A DNA stretch of 64,000 bases from Chloroflexota bacterium. Lineage in GTDB: Bacteria; Chloroflexota; UBA11872; UBA12225. The translations under genes and the position numbers were made by a program. The DNA lies in the NCBI GenBank assembly GCA_034437795.1, contig DAOTTI010000267.1, forward strand, positions 1,277-65,276, read 5' to 3'. Below the pieces are notes generated by a model. The model searched no databases. It was not told where the DNA came from and worked only from the letters and a program-made list of their open reading frames with translations. Below are positions 36,940 to 45,495 of this stretch, in pieces. Numbering within the stretch: position 1 is the stretch's first letter; each line of letters opens with the position of its first letter.

Positions 36940-38484
36940 GTGTCCCGCATGGTATACCCGGATCCGCCTGTGAGTCAAGTCCCTGCGTCTACCGGTTCGG
37001 GGCGTCCACCCCGTGGGGGCGGGCTGGCGCAACTGCGCGAGCACAACCGCGCCGCCGTGCTGCGCCTGCTGCTCGACCGCGGCCCGCGGACCCGCAGTGA
37101 TCTGGCGAGGCTCCTCGGCCTTTCGCAGCCGGCGGTGACGTACATCACGGCTCAGCTGCTCCGCGATGGCCTCATTGAAGAGGGAGGCCCCGCAGCGCCG
37201 GCTGGGGGCCGCGGGCGCCACGGCGTGCCGCTGCGTCTGGCCCCCGGCGCGCGGTGCGCCGCCGCGGTCCACATCGGCGCCACGGGTGTGGACGTGGGGC
37301 TCGTCGATCTGCGGGCCGCGCCGCTGGCGCACGCGACGTTTCGCATCGATCACGGGGCATGGGGCGCCGATCCGGCTGGTCTGGTGGCAGCAGCCGCTCG
37401 CCAGCTCCGCGCGCTGCTCGAACGCGCCGGCATCTCAGAGAGCCTGCTCCTTGGCGCGGGCGTCGGCGTGGCCGGCTCCGTCGACGGGGAGCGCGGGATC
37501 GTGCGGCGCCACGCCCAGCTGGGCTGGCGTGACGTGCCGCTGGCGAGCGCGCTTGGCCAGGCCCTGGCCCTCCCCGTGGTGCTGGATGAGCACGTCCGCT
37601 CCATGGCCCTGGCGGAGGCCTGGTTTGGGCAGGCGAGGCAGGCGGATAGCTTCGCGTTCCTTTATGTTGGCGCCGTCCTGGGCTGTAGCGTGGGCGTGGG
37701 GCGGCACGTCCATCGCGGGCACACCGCCGCTGCCGGCGAGATTGGCGCTCTCCCTGCCTGGCCGCTCGATGCGGGTGGGGCCAGTGAGCCCGGCAGGTCC
37801 GGCGGGGGCGAGCCGCCGGCCGCCACTGGAGGCGGCCAGGGCGGGCCGGGGGAGTTGCGTGCCACGTCCACCAGTGCTGGTCTGGCGGAGGCACCGCCAT
37901 TGCCGGGTCCATCGGGGACGCCCCCGTTCGCGTCTCAGCCGTCGGCAGCCGTGACCGCCGGCGCGAGCCTGGAGGCGACCGTCTCCGAGCCGGCACTTCT
38001 GCGCGAAGCTCGTATGCTGGCGGAGCGCGCTCCGGGCTCACTCGTCGCCTGGTGGGTGGCCGCGAACAGCGCCGGCCGGAACCGGTCATCGGACGCGCTG
38101 GCGACGCGCCTGGCCGCGTGCGGGATGGCCGACGACCCGGCGCTGGCCCTGCTACAGCGGCGCGCGGTGCGCCTGGCGCCCTTCATTGCCCACGTGGTCG
38201 CTACCTACGACCCGGAGGTCTTCGTCTTTTCCGGCCCGATCGCCTGGGATGCGGTAGGCGTCCAGCTTCGTCTGCTGCGCGAGGCGGTGGCCGCGCACGC
38301 CCCCGCCCTGGCGGACCGCCTGCCGGCCTTCGTTCCGTCCGCCTTCGGGACGCGTGCGGCGCTGGTGGGGGCGGCGGCCCTGGTGCTGCAGGAGGTGTAC
38401 CTGCCACCGCTGGCGAGCCACCAGGGCCACGTGGCCGGCAGCGTGGCCGGCGCCATCCGCCGGCGCGCTGGCCCGCCAAAGTAG
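36940..38484 (+). CDS. ROK family transcriptional regulator with a long low-complexity insertion
   Basis: wHTH AAVLRLLLDRGPRTRSDLARLLGLSQPAVTYITAQL and a ROK sugar-kinase-like fold (GAGVGVAGSVD). A Gly/Pro/Ala-rich insert of about 90 aa lies near residues 280-370. Confidence 0.85.
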   Translation: MSRMVYPDPPVSQVPASTGSGRPPRGGGLAQLREHNRAAVLRLLLDRGPRTRSDLARLLGLSQPAVTYITAQLLRDGLIEEGGPAAPAGGRGRHGVPLRLAPGARCAAAVHIGATGVDVGLVDLRAAPLAHATFRIDHGAWGADPAGLVAAAARQLRALLERAGISESLLLGAGVGVAGSVDGERGIVRRHAQLGWRDVPLASALGQALALPVVLDEHVRSMALAEAWFGQARQADSFAFLYVGAVLGCSVGVGRHVHRGHTAAAGEIGALPAWPLDAGGASEPGRSGGGEPPAATGGGQGGPGELRATSTSAGLAEAPPLPGPSGTPPFASQPSAAVTAGASLEATVSEPALLREARMLAERAPGSLVAWWVAANSAGRNRSSDALATRLAACGMADDPALALLQRRAVRLAPFIAHVVATYDPEVFVFSGPIAWDAVGVQLRLLREAVAAHAPALADRLPAFVPSAFGTRAALVGAAALVLQEVYLPPLASHQGHVAGSVAGAIRRRAGPPK

Positions 38485-38535
38485 CGCGCTTGCCCCGTAG
38501 CCTGCGCCCGTGCCCACGGTGTAAGCTCAAAGTAG

Positions 38536-38617
38536 CCTGGGGTATCCACGGCCAGCGATCTGTTCCTTCTCCCTTTGGGAGAGGACGATGGTGAGGGCGC
38601 CGCTCGTGAATACTTGG
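38536..38617 (+). repeat. REP/MITE-like element
   Basis: CCTGGGGTATCCACGGCCAGCGATCTGTTCCTTCTCCCTTTGGGAGAGGACGATGGTGAGGGCGCCGCTCGTGAATACTTGG. Confidence 0.85.
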
Positions 38618-38660
38618 CCATGCTCTCCGGAGCATGAGCGCCGCAGGTGAGAGGCTGGCT

Positions 38661-38885
38661 ATTGACATAGGAACCCGGGGTAGCGCTTGTGTGTGGTCCA
38701 CTGGTCTCTTCGTCTTGCTCAGCGAGCATGGGATTGACACAGGAACCCGGGGTAGCGCCCGTGTGTGGTATCTGGCAGTCGCAGCGCCGACCGAGTAGGA
38801 GGGAGCCATGCTTGCGCCACGTTGGCACTTCAGTGGCTCGTGTCCGCCCAGTCGCAGCGCCGACCGAGTAGGAGGGGCCATGCTT
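38661..38885 (+). repeat. two consecutive short-range duplications upstream of and into a binding-protein gene
   Basis: ATTGACAyAGGAACCCGGGGTAGCGCyyGTGTGTGGT at 38661-38697 and 38733-38769 (period 72). CAGTCGCAGCGCCGACCGAGTAGGAGGG(A)GCCATGCTTG at 38776-38812 and 38849-38885, carrying SD and ATG. The ATGs at 38808 and 38880 are in frame. Confidence 0.9.
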
Positions 38886-40316
38886 GGGGAACGTGTAGCG
38901 ACGGTAGTGACCGGCGGCCGCACCAGCGCCGTCCGGCAGCGAATGCGAACGGCGCGCCGCGGCGTGACACGGCGCGGCGCGCTCCACGCCGGGGTGGCGA
39001 TGGCCGCGCTTCCCGGCGCGACGCTGGCGGCATGCGTCGGGCCTGGGGGGACGCCACCGGCCGGCGCCCCCACCGGCAAGACGCCGGTGACGATCACCTA
39101 TCTCTCGCCCACCGGCGTGGAGCGCCAGCAGATGGAGCAGGAGTTCTTTGCGGACGTGAAGCGGGAGCTGCCGCACATCACGGTTGAGATCGCGACTGCC
39201 GCCGGCTGGGACCCGGTCAAGGAGAAGTTTCTGGTCAGCCATGCCGCCGGCACGCCCATCCACTTCGTGCAAGCAGGCTGGGGCACGTGGCTGGACATGT
39301 GGAACCAGGGGGCCATCGCCGAGCTGTCCGCCTATTTCAAGCGGGACAAGATCGATCTGGCCGCCACCTTCATCGAGCCGGCCATCTTCCAGTGGCAGCA
39401 TGATGGCAAGGTGGGCGGCATGCCCATCACCACTTCGGCCGACGCCATGGCCTACAACGTGGAGCTGTTCGAGGCCGCCGGGCTGAGGCCACCACCGGTG
39501 GATCCGGCGGCAACGTGGTGGACCGTGGAGACCTTTCTGGAGTACGCCAGGAAGCTGACCGACCGCGCCAAGCTACAGTTTGGGTTCGGCGGCACCTTCG
39601 CTGGCGCCAACACCGGCGGGTTTACCACCGGCACCTACTTTGGCCAGGGCCCGTGGGACGATGCCAGGAAGAAGTGCCTGATGGACACGCCGCTGTTCCA
39701 GAAGGGGCTACAGTTCTGGAAGGACGTACGGGACGTGCACCGCGTACAGCCGACCAGTGACGAGGCCAATCAGATCCGCGGCGGGACGACCGGCAACGTC
39801 TTCTTCACCGGCAAGGTGGCGATGCAGGTGCAGCTGATCACGCAGGCGGCGCTGCCCTTCAAGTGGGCCGTGGCCACGCTCCCCTATTCAGGGCCGACGG
39901 GCAGCAAGAACGTCTCGGGGCGCATTCATAACCATGCCCTGCTGATGGGCCAGACGAAGGAGGCAGAGCGGGAGGCCACCTGGCAGGTCTTTCGCTGGCT
40001 CCTCAAGCCGGAGAACGCCGGTCGCTTCCCGCGCACAGCGGGGCACGTCGTCTCCCCGCTCAAGAACCCGGCCGCATCCGAGGTCTCGCAGCGGCGCTAC
40101 CAGGAGCAGCTGGGCGTCGACCCCCGGGCCTACCTGCTCCAGGCGCAGACGACGCGACCGTCCGGCTGGGGGATGAGCAAGTACGCCAACTTCGCCAAGG
40201 TGGGGCCGGAGATCGACGCCCGCTACAACAGCGAGTTCCTGGCGGACAAGCTCGGCGTCAAGGAATACGCCACCTGGGTCACAAAGTACGTGGACGACAA
40301 CCTGGGAGCGAAGTAG
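38880..40316 (+). CDS. ABC transporter solute-binding protein, Tat lipoprotein
   Basis: VTRRGALHAGVAMAALPGATLAACVG signal and SBP blocks. An alternative in-frame start at 38808 comes from the duplicated SD+ATG. Confidence 0.85.
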   Translation: MLGERVATVVTGGRTSAVRQRMRTARRGVTRRGALHAGVAMAALPGATLAACVGPGGTPPAGAPTGKTPVTITYLSPTGVERQQMEQEFFADVKRELPHITVEIATAAGWDPVKEKFLVSHAAGTPIHFVQAGWGTWLDMWNQGAIAELSAYFKRDKIDLAATFIEPAIFQWQHDGKVGGMPITTSADAMAYNVELFEAAGLRPPPVDPAATWWTVETFLEYARKLTDRAKLQFGFGGTFAGANTGGFTTGTYFGQGPWDDARKKCLMDTPLFQKGLQFWKDVRDVHRVQPTSDEANQIRGGTTGNVFFTGKVAMQVQLITQAALPFKWAVATLPYSGPTGSKNVSGRIHNHALLMGQTKEAEREATWQVFRWLLKPENAGRFPRTAGHVVSPLKNPAASEVSQRRYQEQLGVDPRAYLLQAQTTRPSGWGMSKYANFAKVGPEIDARYNSEFLADKLGVKEYATWVTKYVDDNLGAK

Positions 40317-40457
40317 GGGCCAGCGACGGCGCCCATTCCGTTCTGGACACGTTCGCAGCGCACCGCCGGAGCCTGCTGGTCCCTGCGTACTACGGTAAAC
40401 CAATGGGCATGTGGACGGCCGGCGCGACGTTTCGCCCTTTGGACAGAGACCAGCTAG

Positions 40458-40558
40458 TCTGGAGTTTTCACGGTCAGCGAAGGGTTCCCTCTCCCTGTGG
40501 GAGAGCGGGGGCCCGCGCAGCGTGCGTCGGTGAGGGCTCCGCAGGCGTATACTCCAGG
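40458..40558 (+). repeat. REP/MITE-like element with internal insertion
   Basis: Termini CTGGAGT...ACTCCAG, core GTTCCCTCTCCCTGTGGGAGAG...GGTGAGGGCTCCGCAGG. Confidence 0.8.
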
Positions 40559-40692
40559 TTAGCCTACACCGGCCAGCCCGTTGGCCACGATGGGAAACGG
40601 GGCGCGAGCGGCTCTCCGTCACGGCGATTGGGACCCGGTGCACCGGTGGTCGCGGGCGATGACGAGACGAGGCGGGCGCGAGCGGCCCGACG

Positions 40693-41205
40693 TCAGGGTG
40701 ATGGCCGCGGCGGCCGCACGTGGTCCAGGATGGCCTCAACCACCTGGTCGATAGGCGCGCGGGTATCTACCTCCAGCGTGGCGGCCCTTCTCAGCAGCGG
40801 CTCCACCGTTCGCAGCTCCCAGAGGATCTTGGCCAGTTCGTCCGGATGCTTGCCGTATGGGTTGGTCGTCCGCGTGGCCAGCCGCTCCATGATCACCGCG
40901 GCCGGCGCGCTGAGCAGGACGACGTGGTCGAACTGCGCACGGAACTTGCCCTGGTTCGACTTGCACCCGCTGACGAACAGCACGCCGGCGTCTTCGGTCG
41001 ACAAGAGGCGCTGCATACGATCCTCGCGCCAGAGCCAGTCCGGCCCCGCGGTGAGCCCGGCCGCTTCGCAGCCGGCGGCGACGTTCACCCACTGGCACCA
41101 CTCGTCGGAATCCGTGTCGATGGCCTTGTAGCCCCGTGCAGCTAGCTCGCGGATGACCGTGGACTTACCGGTTCCCGACATCCCCGTAATCAGCACGCGC
41201 TTCAC
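40693..41205 (-). CDS. P-loop NTPase (AAA/shikimate-kinase-like small kinase family)
   Basis: Walker A ITGMSGTGKST directly after the probable GTG start (VKRVLITG). Confidence 0.75.
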   Translation of the reverse strand: MKRVLITGMSGTGKSTVIRELAARGYKAIDTDSDEWCQWVNVAAGCEAAGLTAGPDWLWREDRMQRLLSTEDAGVLFVSGCKSNQGKFRAQFDHVVLLSAPAAVIMERLATRTTNPYGKHPDELAKILWELRTVEPLLRRAATLEVDTRAPIDQVVEAILDHVRPPRPSP

Positions 41206-41316
41206 GTGGTCAAGATAATAGAGGCCTCCCCAGCTGCCATGGCGGCCAGCATGCCGGGGCAATCACTTCTTCCGGATGGTGCGCCGCTACCTTCCCCCTC
41301 TCCCTCCCCGGATCTT

Positions 41317-41435
41317 GATGGGCGGAGCCCTCACCCTCGCCCTCTCCCAAAGGGAAAGGGAGCATACGTGCTGTGGCGATCACAGGAGGTCCTCCCCTGG
41401 CCCTCTCCCTGTGGGAGAGGGAACTGATCGCTGGC
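41317..41435 (-). repeat. two tandem REP/MITE-like copies, reverse orientation
   Basis: The reverse complement gives ...CGGCCAGCGATCAGTTCCCTCTCCCACAGGGAGAGGG... and ...CTCCCTTTCCCTTTGGGAGAGGGCGAGGGTGAGGGCTCCGCC. Confidence 0.75.
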
Positions 41436-41466
41436 CGGTTCGCCTGGCCTCGCCGTCTCGTTCTCG

Positions 41467-42090
41467 CTATGGGCCGCGCAAGCCCTGCGGGCCGCCGGCC
41501 GCCACCGCCGACGCGGAGACGTGCGGGCGGGCGGCCGCGCGCTCCGCCAGCCGGGCGCGCTCCTCCTGCTGCTTGCGCCAGCCGTACGGGGTCAGCCCCC
41601 GCGGCTTGTAGACATTAAGCGCCTCGACCACCAGTAGGATGACCAGACCGGCCGTGGGGTGGAACAGATCGCCCCCCATGCCAGCCGTACCAGTATGGCC
41701 CGCGCCGTTCGCCCCACCCACCACGTCCGGCTGGCGCAGCAGGGCGGCCGTGACGCTCACGCTTGGCATGTGCAGCAGGAGCACGACGACACACAGGATG
41801 GTGAGCGCGAGCGAGATCACGACCCAGTAGTGCCGGAACAGGCCCCACGGGGTGCTGAGCGCCAGGACCAGCCCCGTCAGCAGGGCGCCAAGGGCCAGCG
41901 GCACGATGGCCCGCCAGCCGGTCACCTCCATCGCGATCCAGGCGGCGCGCACCGTCTCGGCATCCTGGCTGGTGACGGCGGCGATGCCCAGCGCCAGGTA
42001 CGCCACGACCGCGCCGATCCAGCCCACCGAGCAGGCTAGATGCACGGTGAGCACGAGCTTGCGGACGCCGGACGGCAGGGTCATGGACAT
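41467..42090 (-). CDS. integral membrane protein (4-5 TM helices)
   Basis: Start MSMTLPSGVRKLVLTVHL, strongly hydrophobic helices, Arg/Glu-rich C-terminal tail. Confidence 0.6.
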   Translation of the reverse strand: MSMTLPSGVRKLVLTVHLACSVGWIGAVVAYLALGIAAVTSQDAETVRAAWIAMEVTGWRAIVPLALGALLTGLVLALSTPWGLFRHYWVVISLALTILCVVVLLLHMPSVSVTAALLRQPDVVGGANGAGHTGTAGMGGDLFHPTAGLVILLVVEALNVYKPRGLTPYGWRKQQEERARLAERAAARPHVSASAVAAGGPQGLRGP

Positions 42091-42097
42091 CGCCGCG

Positions 42098-42373
42098 TCA
42101 CGCCGCCGGTGCCGCCTGCGCTGCGACTGGTGTGTGCCCAGCAGGGCCACCAGGTGCGCCGGCTGGGATGTGGCGACGAGGGCCGTGCTGGCCGCCGACG
42201 CCGGTGAGCACGATCCCGGCGATCAGCAGGGCCAGGATGAGGACGACGATGCCAAACACCTTCACCCAGCGCGGCGCGCCAGGGTACGTGGGGGCGCCAC
42301 TTGCCGGTTCTCGGCTGGGTCCCACGCCGGCGGTGCCGCCCTCGGAGCCGCGGTCCGCGGGCAGGTCAACCAT
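42098..42373 (-). CDS. small single-pass membrane protein
   Basis: WVKVFGIVVLILALLIAGIVLTGV helix. Ends 8 nt upstream of the next gene's start, so probably co-transcribed. Confidence 0.4.
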   Translation of the reverse strand: MVDLPADRGSEGGTAGVGPSREPASGAPTYPGAPRWVKVFGIVVLILALLIAGIVLTGVGGQHGPRRHIPAGAPGGPAGHTPVAAQAAPAA

Positions 42374-42444
42374 GTTCGTGCCCTCCTTTTCGGTTCACTC
42401 GTCAAGGTCCGAGACCGCGCCGGCGGCGCCAGCCAAAGACAGTG

Positions 42445-43224
42445 CTAGGTCGCGACGAGGCGGAACAGGACGTGGAGGTCGTTGAGCCCGCGCTGCTCCC
42501 GCAGGCGTAGCCCGGCGGCTTCTGCAACCGCCGCCACATCGGCTTCAGAGAGGCGAACCTCCTTGGGCGGGCCCGGCGTCTCAGCCTCCTTCCGGAACTC
42601 GATGACGGCGACCTCACCGCCCGGCTTGAGCAGGCGCCGCGCCTCGCGCAGGAACGCCGCCCGATCCCTGGCCTCGTGCAGCACCAGGGAGACAAGGACC
42701 AGATCGGCGATGCCATCCGGGAGCGGCACGTCCGTCTCGCCGGAACGGAGGACTTCGACCTGGCGGGCGCCGGCTTCGGCGGCGCGCTGGCGGCAGGCCT
42801 CCACCATCTCCGGCTGCACGTCCACGCCGTAGACCTTGCCCTGCGGGCCAACCAGCTCCGCCGCTGGCAGCGTGAAGTAGCCCGGGCCGCAGCCGAGATC
42901 CACCACCGTCTGTCCGTGAGCGACGCCGGCGGCGCGGAGTGTCGCTTCGGGCGGGAGTTGGGCGCGACGAGCTTCGCCGAGTAACCTGGCGATGCCTTCA
43001 GCGTCGGCGGGGTGGTGGCCGCGCCCGCCGCGCCCGCCGTGGCCAGCATGCCCTTGACCCGCGTGCCCGGCATGCCCGGCATGCCCGGCGCGTTCCGCCC
43101 ACCTCGCCTGCCCGCCATCTCCACCGTGCCCACCGCCTCCACGATCGCCGGCGTGGCGGCCGCGATCCTGCTGTTGCCCCTGCGTCGTCATGGCCCATCC
43201 TCCTGCACGATCCCCTGCCATCAT
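42445..43224 (-). CDS. class I SAM-dependent methyltransferase with His/Gly-rich N-terminal extension
   Basis: Motif I VVDLGCGPGYF, then LKPGGEVAVIEF. The N-terminus AGHAGHAGHAGQGHAGHGGRGGRGHH is encoded partly by a 9-bp tandem repeat (43063-43089). Confidence 0.85.
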   Translation of the reverse strand: MMAGDRAGGWAMTTQGQQQDRGRHAGDRGGGGHGGDGGQARWAERAGHAGHAGHAGQGHAGHGGRGGRGHHPADAEGIARLLGEARRAQLPPEATLRAAGVAHGQTVVDLGCGPGYFTLPAAELVGPQGKVYGVDVQPEMVEACRQRAAEAGARQVEVLRSGETDVPLPDGIADLVLVSLVLHEARDRAAFLREARRLLKPGGEVAVIEFRKEAETPGPPKEVRLSEADVAAVAEAAGLRLREQRGLNDLHVLFRLVAT

Positions 43225-43300
43225 GCTCGCAGTTTATCGATACAGTATGTCTCTGTCAAGTCAGAGTGTTCCTCTCCAAGCGCGATGTATACTGGCGGTG

Positions 43301-43876
43301 ATGCCCAAGCTGTGGACGGAGACGATCGAGGCGCACCGCCGCGAGGTGCGCGACGCGATCCTGGACACCACGGCAGCGCTGGTGGCGGAGCACGGGCTGG
43401 CGGCGGTGACGATGTCGCAGATCGCCGAGGCGGCCGGCATCGGGCGGGCGACGCTGTACAAGTACTTCCCCGACGTCGAGGCGATCCTGGTCGCCTGGCA
43501 CGAGCGCCAGATCAACGCACACCTCGCCCACCTGGCCGAGGTCCGGGACCGGGCCGGCGTCCCCTGGGAGCGGCTCGAGGCGGTGCTCGAGGCCTACGCG
43601 CGCATCGCCCGCGAGCGCCACCACCATGGCACTGAGCTCACGTCGCTCATGCACCGAGGCGAGCACGTCGCCCGAGCGCGGCGGCGGCTCCACGACGTCA
43701 TCCGCGACCTTTTGGCCGAGGCCGTCGCGACCGGCGACGTCCGCGACGACGTTCCGCCGGACGAGCTGGCTAGCTACTGCCTTCATGCCCTCGCGGCGGC
43801 CAGTAGCCTGCCGTCCGAGGGCGCGGTCCGCCGGCTGGTTGAGGTGACGCTGGCCGGATTGCGCCCCCCGCGCTGA
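43301..43876 (+). CDS. TetR/AcrR family transcriptional regulator
   Basis: HTH TMSQIAEAAGIGRATLYKYFPDVEAIL. Divergent from the methyltransferase operon. TATACT lies at 43287, close to the ATG. Confidence 0.9.
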   Translation: MPKLWTETIEAHRREVRDAILDTTAALVAEHGLAAVTMSQIAEAAGIGRATLYKYFPDVEAILVAWHERQINAHLAHLAEVRDRAGVPWERLEAVLEAYARIARERHHHGTELTSLMHRGEHVARARRRLHDVIRDLLAEAVATGDVRDDVPPDELASYCLHALAAASSLPSEGAVRRLVEVTLAGLRPPR

Positions 43877-44022
43877 CCCGTTCCGGTCACAGCGGCGCCG
43901 GAAGTCCTCCTCAACCTGACCGCGCGGCCGCCGGAGGTTGGTTCATCGCCGGACCAGTGTTCCCCCACCGCTGGCGCTGGGAGCCCTGCTCGCCACTTCG
44001 GCTGCTACGCTGGGTTTACGGC

Positions 44023-45132
44023 TCACCGTGCCAGGTCCAGAACGGGAAGGACGGCCACGTACACCTGTGGGTAGCCGCTGGCGTCGGAGGTGTAGATCAC
44101 CTTCTGTCCGTCGGGGCTGAAGGACGGGTGCGGGTGGGTCCATTGAGGCCCATAGGCGGTCTCGGGGACCGGCCCTTCCCAGATGGGCTCCGGCTGCACC
44201 CACTGGTAGCCCTGGCAGGAGGCCCGCGGGTAGCAGAGGGCGCGTCGCGCGCCGGTGTACGGATGGACCAGCACCAGCCCGACGTCCGGCAGCGCCGTAT
44301 CGCAGACGATGAGGCTGCCGTCGGCGCGCGGCGCCGGGTGCCAGCAGTTGAAGGCCGCGATCGTCCGCTCGCCGGTCCCATCTCGCCGGATGGCCTTCAG
44401 GGCATAGGGCCAGTGGGTGAAGATCACCTCGTCGTTGGTGAGCCAGCTCTCGTGGGTCAGCCATTCACGGCGCGTCTGGGCGCGGAGCGGGTGGGGATCC
44501 GTCCCATCGCGGTTGACCAGCCACAGGCGCGGCAGGTCGCCGGAGAAGAGGATCTGCCTCCCGTCCGGGCTGAACTGGGCGTGGCCGATTAGCTGGCCGG
44601 ATTCATAGACCGTGCGCATGCCAGAGCCATCGGCGCGGATGGCTAGCAGCACGTTCCGGCGCCCATGGACGGCGCTCTCGCCGCTGAAGGCGGACGTGAC
44701 GATCTCCGTCCCATCCGGGCTCAGGCTGCAGGTATCCACGCGGCCGTCGCCGGGACAGACGGCCACCAGCTCGGTGCGGGCGGTGGCCACCTCGACCACT
44801 CGCAGCTCGCGGCCGGCGCCGTAGAACACGTATCGCCCATCGGGGCTGACGCAGGCCGACCACGGGTTCACGTCGCCCGTGCCGGTGAGCTGGAGCAGCT
44901 CGCCGCCGGCCTCGTCGATGGCGAAGAGGTTGGGTCGGCAACCGTCGCGGTAGGACGTCACGATCAGGCAGGCCCCACCCCTCTCGCGGCCGTGGGGGAA
45001 GGCCCACGCCTGGTTCAGAAAGTAGGGCGCATGATTGATGCACGGTGCGGCCGTAAACTGGATGATCGCCGCGCCGGTCTCTGGATCCTGCCACTGCCGC
45101 CATTCCGGCGGGTACCGATCGCCTGCACCCAC
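44023..45132 (-). CDS. TolB-like / oligogalacturonate-lyase-like beta-propeller protein
   Basis: Repeated SPDG(R/T/Q) blades (VSPDGRYVFY, LSPDGTEIV, FSPDGRQILF, FSPDGQKVIY) and an N-terminal QDPETGAAIIQFT. Confidence 0.7.
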   Translation of the reverse strand: MGAGDRYPPEWRQWQDPETGAAIIQFTAAPCINHAPYFLNQAWAFPHGRERGGACLIVTSYRDGCRPNLFAIDEAGGELLQLTGTGDVNPWSACVSPDGRYVFYGAGRELRVVEVATARTELVAVCPGDGRVDTCSLSPDGTEIVTSAFSGESAVHGRRNVLLAIRADGSGMRTVYESGQLIGHAQFSPDGRQILFSGDLPRLWLVNRDGTDPHPLRAQTRREWLTHESWLTNDEVIFTHWPYALKAIRRDGTGERTIAAFNCWHPAPRADGSLIVCDTALPDVGLVLVHPYTGARRALCYPRASCQGYQWVQPEPIWEGPVPETAYGPQWTHPHPSFSPDGQKVIYTSDASGYPQVYVAVLPVLDLAR

Positions 45133-45290
45133 TGTCAGCCGGCCTCCTCACGTCCTGGTCGACACGCCGCGCACCGCGGGACACAGAGAGGATACGTGGA
45201 GCATGCGCGCGTGGCGAGTGGCGAGTTCTTCCCCTTGCCCAGGGTACCCGGCGGAGGCGGGACGACAAGCCCGGAATAGCCCGGATCATT

Positions 45291-45368
45291 CTTGGCTGGC
45301 TTCAGCCCCTTCGCCCCTTGGGTGAGGGCCAGGGTCAGGGCCCCATTGGCGAATACGCCGGGCCAGGG
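45291..45368 (+). repeat. degenerate REP/MITE-like element
   Basis: ...CCCCTTGGGTGAGGGCCAGGGTCAGGGCCCCATTGGCGAATACGCCGGG in a divergent intergenic region. Confidence 0.55.
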
Positions 45369-45495
45369 AGAGAAGGCGATGGCGCGCTGGCCGGCTGGAC
45401 GCAGTGGTGACACTCGGTGGAGCTGAGCCGTTATCCTGAGAGGTCCCTGAGCCTGATGGCAGGAAAGAAAAGATACGAGGAAGGAGAGGCGACAG

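Noticed and set aside
36910-37353. N-terminal 148 codons of track ORF 34957..37353
   Set aside because: This stretch runs antisense into the ROK gene. The AlkP-family homology starts at MARRPQ (36909), which has its own purine-rich SD.
38662-38739. TTGACA hexamers in the duplicated box P as -35 promoter elements
   Set aside because: No acceptable -10 hexamer lies 16-19 nt downstream of either copy. Operator or structural roles are equally possible, so no promoter feature was called.
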